DNA of 64,000 nucleotides. Origin: Chiloscyllium plagiosum. Its lineage: Eukaryota. Below are positions 53,540 to 64,000 of the stretch, piece by piece; position 1 is the first letter of the stretch, and each line of letters begins with the position of its first letter. The stretch lies in assembly GCF_004010195.1 (NCBI RefSeq), contig NC_057751.1, positions 8,747,611 to 8,811,610 of the forward strand, given 5' to 3'. The translations under genes were made by a program, and so were the position numbers. The notes under the pieces are model-generated. The model ran no database searches. It saw nothing but the letters and a program-made list of their open reading frames with translations, and was not told the DNA's origin.

Positions 53540-53866
53540 ATTAGATTAGATTCCCTACAGTATGGAAACAGGGCCTTTGACCCAACAAGTGCACAGCAAC
53601 TCTCCAAAGAAAAACTCACCCAGACCCATTCCCCTGTCCTATATTTACACCTGACTAATGTACCTTACCCTGTGGGCAATTTAGCATGGCCAATTCACCT
53701 GACCTGCACATCTTTGGATTATGGGAGAAAACTGGAGTGCCCAGAGGAAAACTACAGACACGGGAACAATGTGCAAACTCCACACAGATAGTCCGAGGCT
53801 GGAAATGAGCCCAGGTCCCTGGCGCTGTGATGCAGCAGTGCTAACCTCTGAGCCACCGTGCCGCCC
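53540..53866 (-). mobile_element. Full-length HE1-like V-SINE
   Basis: GGGCGGCACGGTGGCTCAGAGGTTAGCAC head, V domain and (TCTAA)n tail. Confidence 0.9.
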
Positions 53867-55329
53867 AGATCTCTACAAGAATCTGACACATTGACAAGAG
53901 AATATGATCTTCACACACAACAGTGTTACTGTCAGTTTTATCTATCCAATACCACCATAATATTCTTTGGTCCTATAGTGTTCCAACATGTAGGCAAGTC
54001 AAGTTGCATTTGGAAGTAAACCTGGTTGAGTTGGTACTATCCTCACCTGAGCCAGAACAATTAATTTAGTTGCAACTTCAGAAGCAACCATCTTCAGCTA
54101 AGATTACCAAGTCCTGTAATGCCTTGGTGACACTACTGAGAAAAAGTGGGCAGACATGAGAAATGATACTGGACAAGGGAGTACATTATTCATTTATGAG
54201 ACTCAGTTTAACTTGCAGTTGCATAAACCAGATTCAGCTGGACCAGAACTGAGCAATGAAGATTTGATCCAACTATTTGGCACAATAGAGGCGAAATTAG
54301 AAACGGTTTCTGCTAGTTGGGTAGTCTTGCATAAAATTAGAACTGGATCCTTTTGGAATGAAACTAGGCAACTCACATACAAAGCATGATCCAAGTTGAG
54401 AATTCTCTTCTAAACATAGCAGTTGATACTGTAGGAATTGTAAATTTGAGATAATCGGATTTTCATTACCCTAAAGGCATTACAGCATCTGGCACTAAGG
54501 AACCAATGCAAATCAGCCATTGTCTCATTTAATGGCTCAACAAGTTTGTGGGGTAAATTCTGTTTTTATATTTGTGTGGTCGGTTCATGCAATTAATGTA
54601 CTGCAATTTTTCTAGAATTTTATTTCTTAGAAAACATGAGGTGCATTCTAGTTGTATGCTCTGTACAAAACAGATCCATTGTAAGGCAATGTATTGTGCG
54701 TATGTTTATAATCCCAGCGTTTAGACATCACCCAAACATGGAGGAGATCTTGTGGTGCAGTGACAGAATCCCTACTTATGAGTCAGTCGGCTTGGCTCAA
54801 GTCCCACTTCTTCTACAGATGTGTAATATCTATGAACTGGTTGATTAGAAATTAAAAAGTCATCCCAGAGTGAAGTACAATCATCAATGCCCACATGTTG
54901 AACATCAAGTTTAAAAATAAACTGCTGAGCAGCCACACTGTATTTGCACCATCAAGTGTACTTCACTGTCCACCATTCACCTAAGGGTGCCTTTGTGCAG
55001 CAAAGGTCAAGATATGTAAGCCTGCATTTCACATAAAGAGGATGCAGAACTAAAGGTACACATATTTGTGAACAAAGATAAACAACTCTCTTTCAGGTTC
55101 TGTGCTCACTTTGAACAATTTCTCCCGCAATCAGATTTGCAGAATCAAGTGGCCTGAATGCATCATAAGCTGACAGTTTCATTTGGTGGTTGGATATCCA
55201 TGAAAAACAATCACGTTATTTTTGCAAGTACTTGTGTTCTAATGCACCCAAGTCACTTCTAACTTGCGCTGCATCTGACCTGCCAATGTTAGACACATGA
55301 CATGTGGTGTATTTAGTTTCTGTGGCATC

Positions 55330-55790
55330 AATGATTCTCACCTTGGTAATAACAAAATAAGAAGCATGCCTTGACTATTTGCATTTCATGACCACTGGAT
55401 AACACAAAAGCATGTGACACCACTGAGTATTTTTAGCAGTGTAATCACCATTGTACTATAGGAAAGACAGCAGCCATGTGTTCAATGAACTCCCATAAGT
55501 CACAATGTGATAGGAAACAGACGATCAGTTCTTTTGTAACCTTGACGAGGGACGCACAGTGAACCAGCTAACAATAATTTATTGGGTATTGTGCTATGGG
55601 ATCTCTTAGGTCTAACTTCAACAGGTAGCTTGGGACTCAGTCTAACTTGCAGTGTAAAATATGACACCCCTTAACACTACAGCACTTCCTCAGTCCTTTG
55701 CCTGACTTCCATATTTTCCCTCAAGCCCTGAACTCAGGCTGGACCTGTAAACTAATGATTAAGATGCAACAAACTGAACCACAGCTGATA
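55330..55790 (-). mobile_element. Old Deu-SINE-like fragment
   Basis: gcagtgtaatcaccattgt...cagcacttcctcagt resembles the reverse complement of the Deu domain. Confidence 0.45.
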
Positions 55791-55863
55791 ACAGCACATA
55801 CAAGTAAACAACATCATAATCTCTCAGGAAATGCACATGAAAAAGTGATAGGACCCAGTGTAC

Positions 55864-56033
55864 CTGGTATGTCTCCACAGGTCTGCTTTCCATATTTAAA
55901 TCCCAGATTTTAACCGATAGGTAATCTCGCGTCATCATGTAACGACCACTGTGACTGAATTTGACATCTGATATTGAAGAAATTATTTCTGAGAAAAAGG
56001 ATCTGTTACTGGGATCTTCGGGTTCTTCAAACA
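55864..56033 (-). CDS. PPP2R2A: PPP2R2A exon ([57 protein letters not shown])
   Basis: 170 nt with cacag and gtac boundaries. Confidence 0.97.
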
Positions 56034-56239
56034 CTGTGGATCGAAATCAAAAGTTGGGATGTGAACAGATCAAGTTAACCCTACCATTCCTGTTCCATTT
56101 GTCCATATTCAACAAAATTTTGCCCTGGTTCTACTAGATATTCAGCATTACTTTTTCAGCAGAATTATGTTCAACTCCTATGATGGGCACACTGTTTTTG
56201 CAAGTAACTACAGTCCAAGTTAAGCAAGCAGAAAAACGA

Positions 56240-56375
56240 AGCCAATTCCGAAGAAGGGTCACTACTGGACCAGAAATGTTAAGTCTCATTTTTCTCCACA
56301 GCTGCTGCCAGACCTGCTGAATTTTTCTGGCAATTTCTGTTACCATTTCCAATTTCCAACATCCACAATTCTCTT
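56240..56375 (+). mobile_element. PLE-type short element, family D, with degenerate hammerhead
   Basis: CcGAAGA-A-GGGTC..GACCa-GAAAtGTT followed by ctgctgccagacctgctga; related to 63000-63184. Confidence 0.65.
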
Positions 56376-57807
56376 CACTTTTTAATGAAGCCATAAACCC
56401 TAGTCAAAATACCGAAGACTAAAACCACAGAATTGTTTTAGATAATTTGCAAACATTCATAATTATATGATGCTGCAGTACTCCAGGTGAATAACTTGTT
56501 CCATTCCATCATTGTGAAATTATCATTGCATTTTTCCAAGTGCCGATATTGTAGTCACGCAAATTAACACAAAAAATATATTTTGACGAGTAAATAATTG
56601 ATCAGTATAGAATAATCAAGATCAAACTGGTCACATGTTTGAAGAATTGAGAAACAAATGGTACCAATTTCAGATGATGACACATAAGGATGAGTGCAGA
56701 AAAATCCTTGTGATGCATCAAGTGATTAGGATCTGAAATGCACCATGGCTGATTTCGAAAGGTTCAACCACGGCTTTTAAAAGAAAATTCAATATGCACC
56801 TGCAAAAAAAAACTGCAGAGCTAAAATGACAAATGCGAGAATTCACAGAGTATGTCCAAGGGAGCCTGAACAGAGAAAAAAGGTCGAAGGTCCTATAATC
56901 ATCCCAAGATAGCATACCACTTCCATCAGGTCAGATTTCTCTCAGTGTTCCATTCATACACAACAATCTCGGACTTCTCTAAGAAGTAAAACTGTACAAG
57001 AGCAAATTCATCCAGAACAAAGATGGGATGGAGCAAGTTTGCGATGGGCAGAAGAGATTTTAAGGATTTGTTGAACAGAAAGGGACTTGGCAAGATGGCA
57101 GTGTTCACAGGCATTTGAGTGGAATGAGTCCCCATCGATCACCAAGCACAGAAAACATAACCATTTGTCGGTGGCCTCAATGAAGGACACAGAGCTAAGG
57201 GAGGGCAGAATGATGATTTTTAACACTTGGGAAATCGTGGGGCCAAGGGATCAAAGGGTATGAGAAGGAAATAGGAACAGGTTTGAGGTGGATGCTCAGC
57301 TGAAATCATATTGAACAGAGGAGCTTGATGGGCTGAACAGCCTACTCCAATGTTTCCATGAGAGAAAAAGATGAACGCATTGGTTTGGGGATAGAGACAG
57401 TGGGAAGCTTGGCATGATTACAAGTTTGAAGATAATGAAACACAGGACGTGAAGCTCCAGCAATGTTGTGTCACTGTGTAGTGCAGTAATCAAACTCAGG
57501 ACCATCAACACTGCAAACTCAAGCAGTGTATGTTACACACAGCCATCAAGGAGGCCTCATGTCATGTAATGCAGAAAATAATCAGAAAATAACAGCAAAA
57601 AACAATTTGGTGCCTGTCAGGCCCATGAATAGCTAGTCAGATTCCAACCACTCCTTGCAAACAGACTGCTTAAATCATAGTGGTTACCGAAAAATTACAG
57701 TTCGATGCTGTTAGCTTGCGATTTAAATACTTCAGTCTGATTGGTGCGAATGGAGCATTTGCAAAACACAATTCACTGAAGCATAAAGGTCTGAGTAAGA
57801 GACTTAC

Positions 57808-57972
57808 ATTTGGCATGTTTGTCACACAGGGCAGCTGCTCGCATGTCACACAGTCGAATGGTTCCCTTGCTACTGCTGTACACAAATGTGTTGCACTGAT
57901 TAGGGTGGAACTCCGCTGCTGTAATCACCTCAGTCAGCTCCTCCATGTTAGCAGGCTTGATATCTACAATAT
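57808..57972 (-). CDS. PPP2R2A: PPP2R2A exon ([55 protein letters not shown])
   Basis: 165 nt with ctcag and gtaagt boundaries; B55 WD40 sequence. Confidence 0.97.
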
Positions 57973-59854
57973 CTGAGACACAGGTCGTCAAGGACAATAC
58001 GCGAATTCCCAAATAGTCAAAACAACTTAAGACTGAGATAAGAAGGAAACTCTTTTCTCAGAGAGTTGAAAGTCTTGGCAACAACTTGCTACACAGGGCT
58101 GTTAGAATCAAGGGTTACAGGGAAAGGGCAGTCAAGTGCATGCTCTTGCTTGCATTTCTTATGGTTGAACATCAACCTGGCTGAAAGGTTGGAAAAGATG
58201 CCTACAACTAAAGCATTTTAAATTACAGCTCAAAATAAAAAAATTCCCTCTGGTTTCAAAGCAAGACAGAGTATGCACAAAAAGCCTTCAGGTTAAAAGT
58301 TTATCAGTGTTACGGGTCATATTGGCAATTCATTTACATTTTTCAGTCAAAGATCATCAGCCGTATCCTAGCCACCTTTGCAGACTTATTCTAGCTGTCA
58401 CCAACACCCACTAAGAATGTGTGGCCAAAGTATCAGGTATTTACATTTCCAACTAAATACACCCAAGTTTCAAATGTCTGTCAAGGCCAACCTGTTCTTC
58501 TCGCCATAATACCAAGCAGAACAATGGGATAACCTTTGTCAACTAGGCTCAACTTCTTTTCATGGCTTGTTACCAGGATCAAATCTTATGCAGGCACAAG
58601 TAAATTGCTTCCAACTGCATTTCCAAAACCAACACTGCCCTGTATTCACAAAAGACTGACTCATTCAGTGCTGCCCATCCCAGGACACATGCATACTTCA
58701 ATTGATATACCACTCACCCTTCTAAGCTCAACACTGAACTTTCCACCCATAAATATATCACTCCACAACAGCTCCAACTGACTATATCATCAAAACAAAT
58801 GCTCTGTCACAAAGGATGTGTCATGATTCAACCTATTGTGGCCTGCTCAGGCAGGCTACTGCTGTGTAACTTGCTAAGCAAGAAAGCAAGAGTACTCCAT
58901 CTGTGACTCATTTGCCTGACTTGACCGAATTGCTTTGCCAGTGTGGGGAAAATGGTAGAGACTAACCTAGTTTCAGTTCAGGACTAATAACTCTTCTTTT
59001 AAAATCAACTAACTGCACACTATAATCACATGGAAAACCCAGATGGCCAAGTAAATGGTAAGGACCCATTTTGAAGTGAGCAAAACATAACATTTTGGTT
59101 TTCTGCTCCATATTAATTCCTACCATAATCCCATTCCAGGGGTTTCAAAACACTTGTATTTCGCCAACAATGCAAAGCAATTCATAACTATTCATACATT
59201 TGAAGCAAACTCAATCAACAGCCAATATGCTCAGCTAACAACCATACACAGGGATGACAGGACAGTCATAAAATTCTCCCACCTCCAATTCCACTACATC
59301 TTCGACCAAGTTGTTTCTTTCTACCTCACCCAGAAGCCAAATACACGGAGGGGGAGTGACAAGGGGGCATCGGTTTGAGGTGAAAGGGGAAAAAATTTAA
59401 AAGGGACCTAAGGGGCAACTTTTTCATGCAAAGAGTGGTGCGTGTATGGAATGAGCTGCCAGAGGGAGTGGTGGAGGCTGGTACAATTACAATATTCAAA
59501 CAGCATCTGGAGGGTATATGAACAGGAAGGGTTTAGAGGAACATGGGTCAAGTGCTGGCAAATAGGACAAGATTAGGTTGTGATATCTGGTCAGCATGGA
59601 TGAGTTGGACCGAATGTTTCCATGATGTAAATCTCTATGACTCCAAGTGTCATATTATCAAATATGTCAAAACAAGCTCAAAACTCAGCACAAGACATTT
59701 ATAGCCTTCACATTTCAATTCCACACACATGTACACACCATTTTTGGAAATAATGTGCTGAACAATCCATTGCACATTGGAGGTCAGGTAGCCATTCATG
59801 CTGTCAAAAAATATTGGATCCAAAATCAATGCAAGTGCACTTCAGTAAGGATAC
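57973..59854 (-). other. PPP2R2A: U12-type (minor spliceosome) GT-AG intron
   Basis: 5' splice site GTATCCTTAC (59854-59845). Branch site TCCTTGAC (57994-57987) with the branch A about 16 nt from the 3' end; no long polypyrimidine tract. Confidence 0.92.
59345..59645 (+). mobile_element. CR1 3' fragment inside the U12 intron
   Basis: gacctaaggggcaactttttca...ctctatgact, the same family as 20728 and 41100. Confidence 0.85.
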
Positions 59855-60032
59855 TAAAACTTCTGTCTGTGATTTCTAAATGCCACAGGTTAATCCTAAG
59901 ATCATCCGCTGATAAGTAAGTTTCATAGTCACTATTGACTGAAATAGAGTTTATGTGATATGTATGTGCATTAGCAAATATCCTTCGCGGGCTTGCTTCA
60001 ACCATTAAATCCATTGGTTTGAATACTGGAAC
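59855..60032 (-). CDS. PPP2R2A: PPP2R2A exon ([59 protein letters not shown])
   Basis: 178 nt; ctag acceptor; followed by a GTATCCTT U12-type donor. Confidence 0.97.
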
Positions 60033-60903
60033 CTAGGAACAAGCAGAAACAACATGTTCAACTTGGGCCAATATTGAAGCAAATATAGTCCAGCCAAGAC
60101 ACGTCACTGTAAAGCAACTCTTTGAAGTTTTTTTCGAGGAGGAAAAACAGCCAAATCATCCAGGACATCACTTTTCAAACGAGGTATCAGCAACATAAAA
60201 ATGAGCAAATCCTGGCCATATCATCGACCAGGTTTGAGATTATGAAGGATTCTAAAAACAAAAAAATTGCCCTAGCTTTCGTGAAGTACAACTGAAAGGT
60301 CATTAAATTACAATCTCACATTTTCTGTACACAAGCAATCACTCAGGTGTGGAATGATATGTCATCTGCATTACTTGCATAAGACAGAGTGGATAAAATA
60401 GCAAAAAGGACAATTGTGAACTGCACAAGTGAAAAATTGACTCAGAAACAAGGGTCTGCCTCTTTCTGTGAAGTAAACTGTAGAAATGAAGTGTGAATGA
60501 AACACTAAATACAGACAAGTACAAAGACAAAAAAAAAGCCTTGAGGCATTCTCGAAAGCACCAAATACTGAGAACAGAAATAATTTTGCCTGAGCTATCA
60601 GAAAACCAAAAACCTGCAGAACATAATCGATTTCCTTTAAGTGGAGTGAAGACATGATAAAATTTCAAGTTTGTAGTATTCTGATTGCCTGGGACAGGAG
60701 CCACTGGTTTTGGTGATTAATAACAACTTGCCCTATGTTTGAATTTTGGGTTTCCAGATTTATTTTACCCCCCTCAAAAGAAAGGCCATTATTTACTTTT
60801 AACTTCACTCATCATAATGACAAGCACAACACACAAATAATTCTGGTCTGTGTACAAAATAAATTTGTTAAAGTCAAAAACACAGTTTGTACTAAGGACT
60901 CAC

Positions 60904-61016
60904 CTTAAGTGTAGTGACTGTGGCAGGGTCCCTGTATCGACCATCCTCTTCTTTCAAGTTATAACCTTCTGGCCGTTTGTCTCTTTCACTAATTTTCCAC
61001 AACTTTATTGTTTTGT
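60904..61016 (-). CDS. PPP2R2A: PPP2R2A exon, human exon 5 equivalent ([38 protein letters not shown])
   Basis: 113 nt with acag and gtgagt boundaries; near-identical to B55-alpha. Upstream exons are outside the window. Confidence 0.96.
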
Positions 61017-62878
61017 CTGTAAAACAAATTATTCAAGCCATTTATGATTAGTTGACTAAGTGGGATATTTTAACGTCTATCTGTGAAAACTTGTCCGCTT
61101 ATTATTTATTGATCCTCCACAAATTAAGTCATTGCTAGCATAATGCCCGTAGGTCAAGAAAATGGACATACTAAATTATTTGACAGACCCAGTTTAAATT
61201 CTTTCCTTAAAATGGATGATTGCCATATTTTAAAATGGCTGTGACTGAACCCTGAATAAGCAATTTAACTGCTATAACAATTGGCACGACAAAAGCAAAT
61301 GCGTTGCTCCTTGCATTGTATCAAAGGCAGAGCCCAACCAACAAAGAATCAGGAGTGATGTCTCTCCCAGCCAGTATGGAATGAGTAAGAGAATGGAAAC
61401 CCACGTGACGTGACTTGGTGCAAATGGTTCCATCGTTAACTACAAAATACACTGCACCTCATTACCTGCTTGTCTGAAATGGAAGCCTCAGTCACATGAC
61501 TGGATGTAATTTGTTTCAACTAGCTTCAATTAAAACAGCTTTACTTTTGTTTGTTGTTCTGCTTGCAACATGGAAACATTACACACAGAGGCTACATACC
61601 AACTTTTGTTCATAATACCTGTCAAAAAAAAAAAATCGGATTCCTGATAAGAAAGCTGTTCTCAAAATGTGAAGTGAACTACTTGACAGCTGTCAAGTTC
61701 TACAGCTTCACCAGCAACTAAACAGGTCTGAACTGCAGCAAAGACTAGTGTAGGGCCAACTTGAAAACTCTTGAAAGAAGACTGACTGTACTCCTCAACT
61801 CATGTTAACAGATGCTAATATCTTAGATTTCAAGTAATTGGCAACTTCTTATCTTGGTTTTTTTCTTTTGTCTTTCTCGGATGAATGTGTGTGAACACGT
61901 ATCCCAAACCATTCCCCTGGGTTTTGAATGCAGTCCTGAAATATTTTGCTGTGGGTCTTTTTGAATTTGTACTTCAATGACAGAGTTGGTAGAAATGCAC
62001 CATCGCTTATTTTTAAATGGAAAAGCAAATATGAAAACATAAGACATCTTTGTCATGGCAAGACGACAACAACAGGAACATGAAATTCATCTCTCCTTCT
62101 TATTCCTGACAATCAGAAACATCAAATAACATGCAACTTAAACATTATAATCACTGCATCACAGCAGGCAATTAAATCAATGCCCCAGCATCACCACAAA
62201 AATGCATACAAATTATGCAAGGTTCACAAGCAGCAGATCCAGAAAAAGACTCCAAAGATGTCATCATGCCGAACACAGCAGGAATCATTCTACAGCAAGA
62301 AAGCTGTAAACCCCACTCAAAAGCATTCAGGTTAATGGTCAGTTAATCTGTTTTTATTTTGGCTAACTTTAGACAAGATGGCACAGAGTTGCAATGATCT
62401 CCGCAAGATGATTGTGGGCACCGCTTCAACAACCTTTATGGAGTTTAACAGACATCTTGGCTCAAAAAGGGACAGAAATACATGACCCATGTATTACAAT
62501 CTTATACTCAGTTATGAGCACTTCACATAGGTAGCGACTCCACTCCTTGAACTTGTGTCATTTGTTCATTAACATAATACAACAAAAACGGTGTGTCCTC
62601 ACTGAATCCTGTGGTATTTGACAAAAACCTGGCAGAACTAACTGCACTCTGAATATATAAACTCCAACAAAGGTATAAATTATCCAAGCCAAACTGCTGA
62701 AAAGCTTCAAAAGTTTGATCTGCATTCTTCAATACAAACTTCAATACATGCTTCAGATGGCAGTACACAGTTTTACTGCTGAGTGAAAGACATTCCAAAA
62801 GCTGAAGGTGGCAGATTTCTTATCCAATGGAAGGTCATCAGACAACCAGGTAGCTTCCAACACCCTTATTTTCAAGTG

Positions 62879-63636
62879 TACTATGGACCAAACCCCCTGA
62901 AAATAAGAAGATAGCCGAGAGCCTAACTTGTTCTTATTTTAAAGGCAAGCATTCCAGATGCAATTTGATTGGTCAAACTATCAGTCTTACCACTTCTTTG
63001 ATACAAATTGCTGGTAAAGCTCAGCAGGTCTAGCAGCATCTGTGGTCAGAAATCAGATAACATTTCGGATCAGAGGAAGAGTCACTCGACCCAAAACGTT
63101 AAGTCTGATTTCTCTCCAAGATGCTGCTGAGTTTTTCCAGCAATTGCTGCTTTTGTTTGTAATTCACAGCATTTGCAGTTCTAGCAGTTCTTACACTTTC
63201 TTTATATACTATAGCAAAAATACAACAAAGATGAAAATAGAATAACTTAACACAAAAATAGATGCGCCAATGTAGTCACATCCCATAAACATACCCTTGG
63301 CAAAGGCAAATTCAGTCAACTAGATTGCCTCACATGCAATCCTCCAGTCCAGGAGGAAAAAGATCAAGAGAAAACTCCGATAGTGTGTGCTGCAGGTCAA
63401 TGTACTGCAGCAACTATGATTGAAAAATGAAAACTAAAAGCCCTGGTTCTATGGGAGCTACATTGCAGCCATCCAGGCTGCTTCTATTGTTCTTTAAATA
63501 GACTTTATATAAAACCCCAACGCCCTGACAAGCCACTTACTTTTTTGGATTCAAATTGACAGCTCAGCACCAATGCCCGGAAACATCAAGAAAAATCAGC
63601 ACAAAATATACCTCTTAAGCCCATAGTATTATCACA
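62879..63636. mobile_element. Solo LTR (related family) with a nested fold-back PLE
   Basis: tactatggacc...ttatcaca; perfect 4-bp TSD agtg (62875-78 and 63637-40). Confidence 0.7.
63000..63184. mobile_element. Fold-back PLE-type element, family D
   Basis: Inverted arms aattgctgg..ctcagcag and ctgctgag..ccagcaatt. Degenerate hammerhead CaGAGGA-A-GaGTC-ACTC-GACCC-aAAACGTT (63071-63100). Degenerate flanking duplication. Confidence 0.7.
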
Positions 63637-64000
63637 AGTGGTGTGACTTATTTAAGGTGCATACAATCCAATGTGCCCTTGCTTAAGATTGCACAGACAG
63701 CAGTAATGAGGGCAATACTTGGTGTTTTCCCCTAATTTAATAAGGGTGACTATAAAATAAGGAAAACTAAAGACCAGGTTTCGTGATTCTCAAAGTTCTC
63801 AATCAATTCACAGAAAACTAACTTCAAATCACAACAATAACTAAGCTCACCGAACAATGCACTGAAGCTCCTCTTTGCACCAACTTCTCGTTTCATGGCA
63901 CAATTATCAAGCTAATAAAAAAATTAGCACAAGTGATCCACATACAGTTTTTTCACTTCACCAAAGTAGATGAGGCAAAGCATTAGCGTATGAAATGAGA

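Noticed and set aside
53800..53866. tRNA-like sequences with A/B boxes (also at 35357, 27604, 15672 and 12120)
   Set aside because: These are SINE heads continuing into SINE bodies and do not form a cloverleaf, so they are not tRNA genes.
14534..61016. Alternative assignment as PPP2R2D plus BNIP3
   Set aside because: Alpha-type residues, the NIX-type exon 2 and the same-strand tandem arrangement favour PPP2R2A plus BNIP3L.
61823..62056. ORF containing 'NKRW..STN' as the possible next upstream PPP2R2A exon
   Set aside because: It lacks [25 protein letters not shown] and a matching donor; that exon must lie beyond the window.
1..64000. CRISPR arrays, operons or other prokaryotic systems
   Set aside because: Spliced vertebrate genes and vertebrate retroelements throughout; no repeat-spacer arrays seen.

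Overview
Vertebrate nuclear DNA, very probably an elasmobranch (shark), judging from HE1-like tRNA/V-SINEs and HER1-like CR1 LINEs; the species cannot be determined from the sequence. Two genes lie in tandem on the minus strand. One is the 3' part of PPP2R2A (PP2A B55-alpha; six coding exons, 51744-61016, with a U12-type minor intron). The other is the complete six-exon BNIP3L/NIX mitophagy receptor gene (CDS 14534-35709, 204 aa) with a CpG-island promoter. This matches the mammalian PPP2R2A-BNIP3L synteny. The rest is intronic or intergenic and rich in repeats: CR1, L2, Rex1/Babar, SINEs, three solo LTRs with 4-bp TSDs, and Penelope-like element (PLE) derivatives. The most striking signal is a set of short fold-back (palindromic) PLE-type insertions from four different families, with about 13-14 bp TSDs where these are recognisable. 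Each carries a minimal type I hammerhead-ribozyme motif, and the stems covary between families. Two motifs have intact catalytic cores; one sits on the sense strand of BNIP3L intron 1, directly preceded by its own antisense arm. Also notable are three perfect CRE palindromes clustered in BNIP3L intron 1, inverted SINEs flanking exon 2, and a NIX protein that keeps BNIP3-like residues. Exon boundaries were read by hand from splice signals and remembered human proteins; repeat boundaries are approximate.
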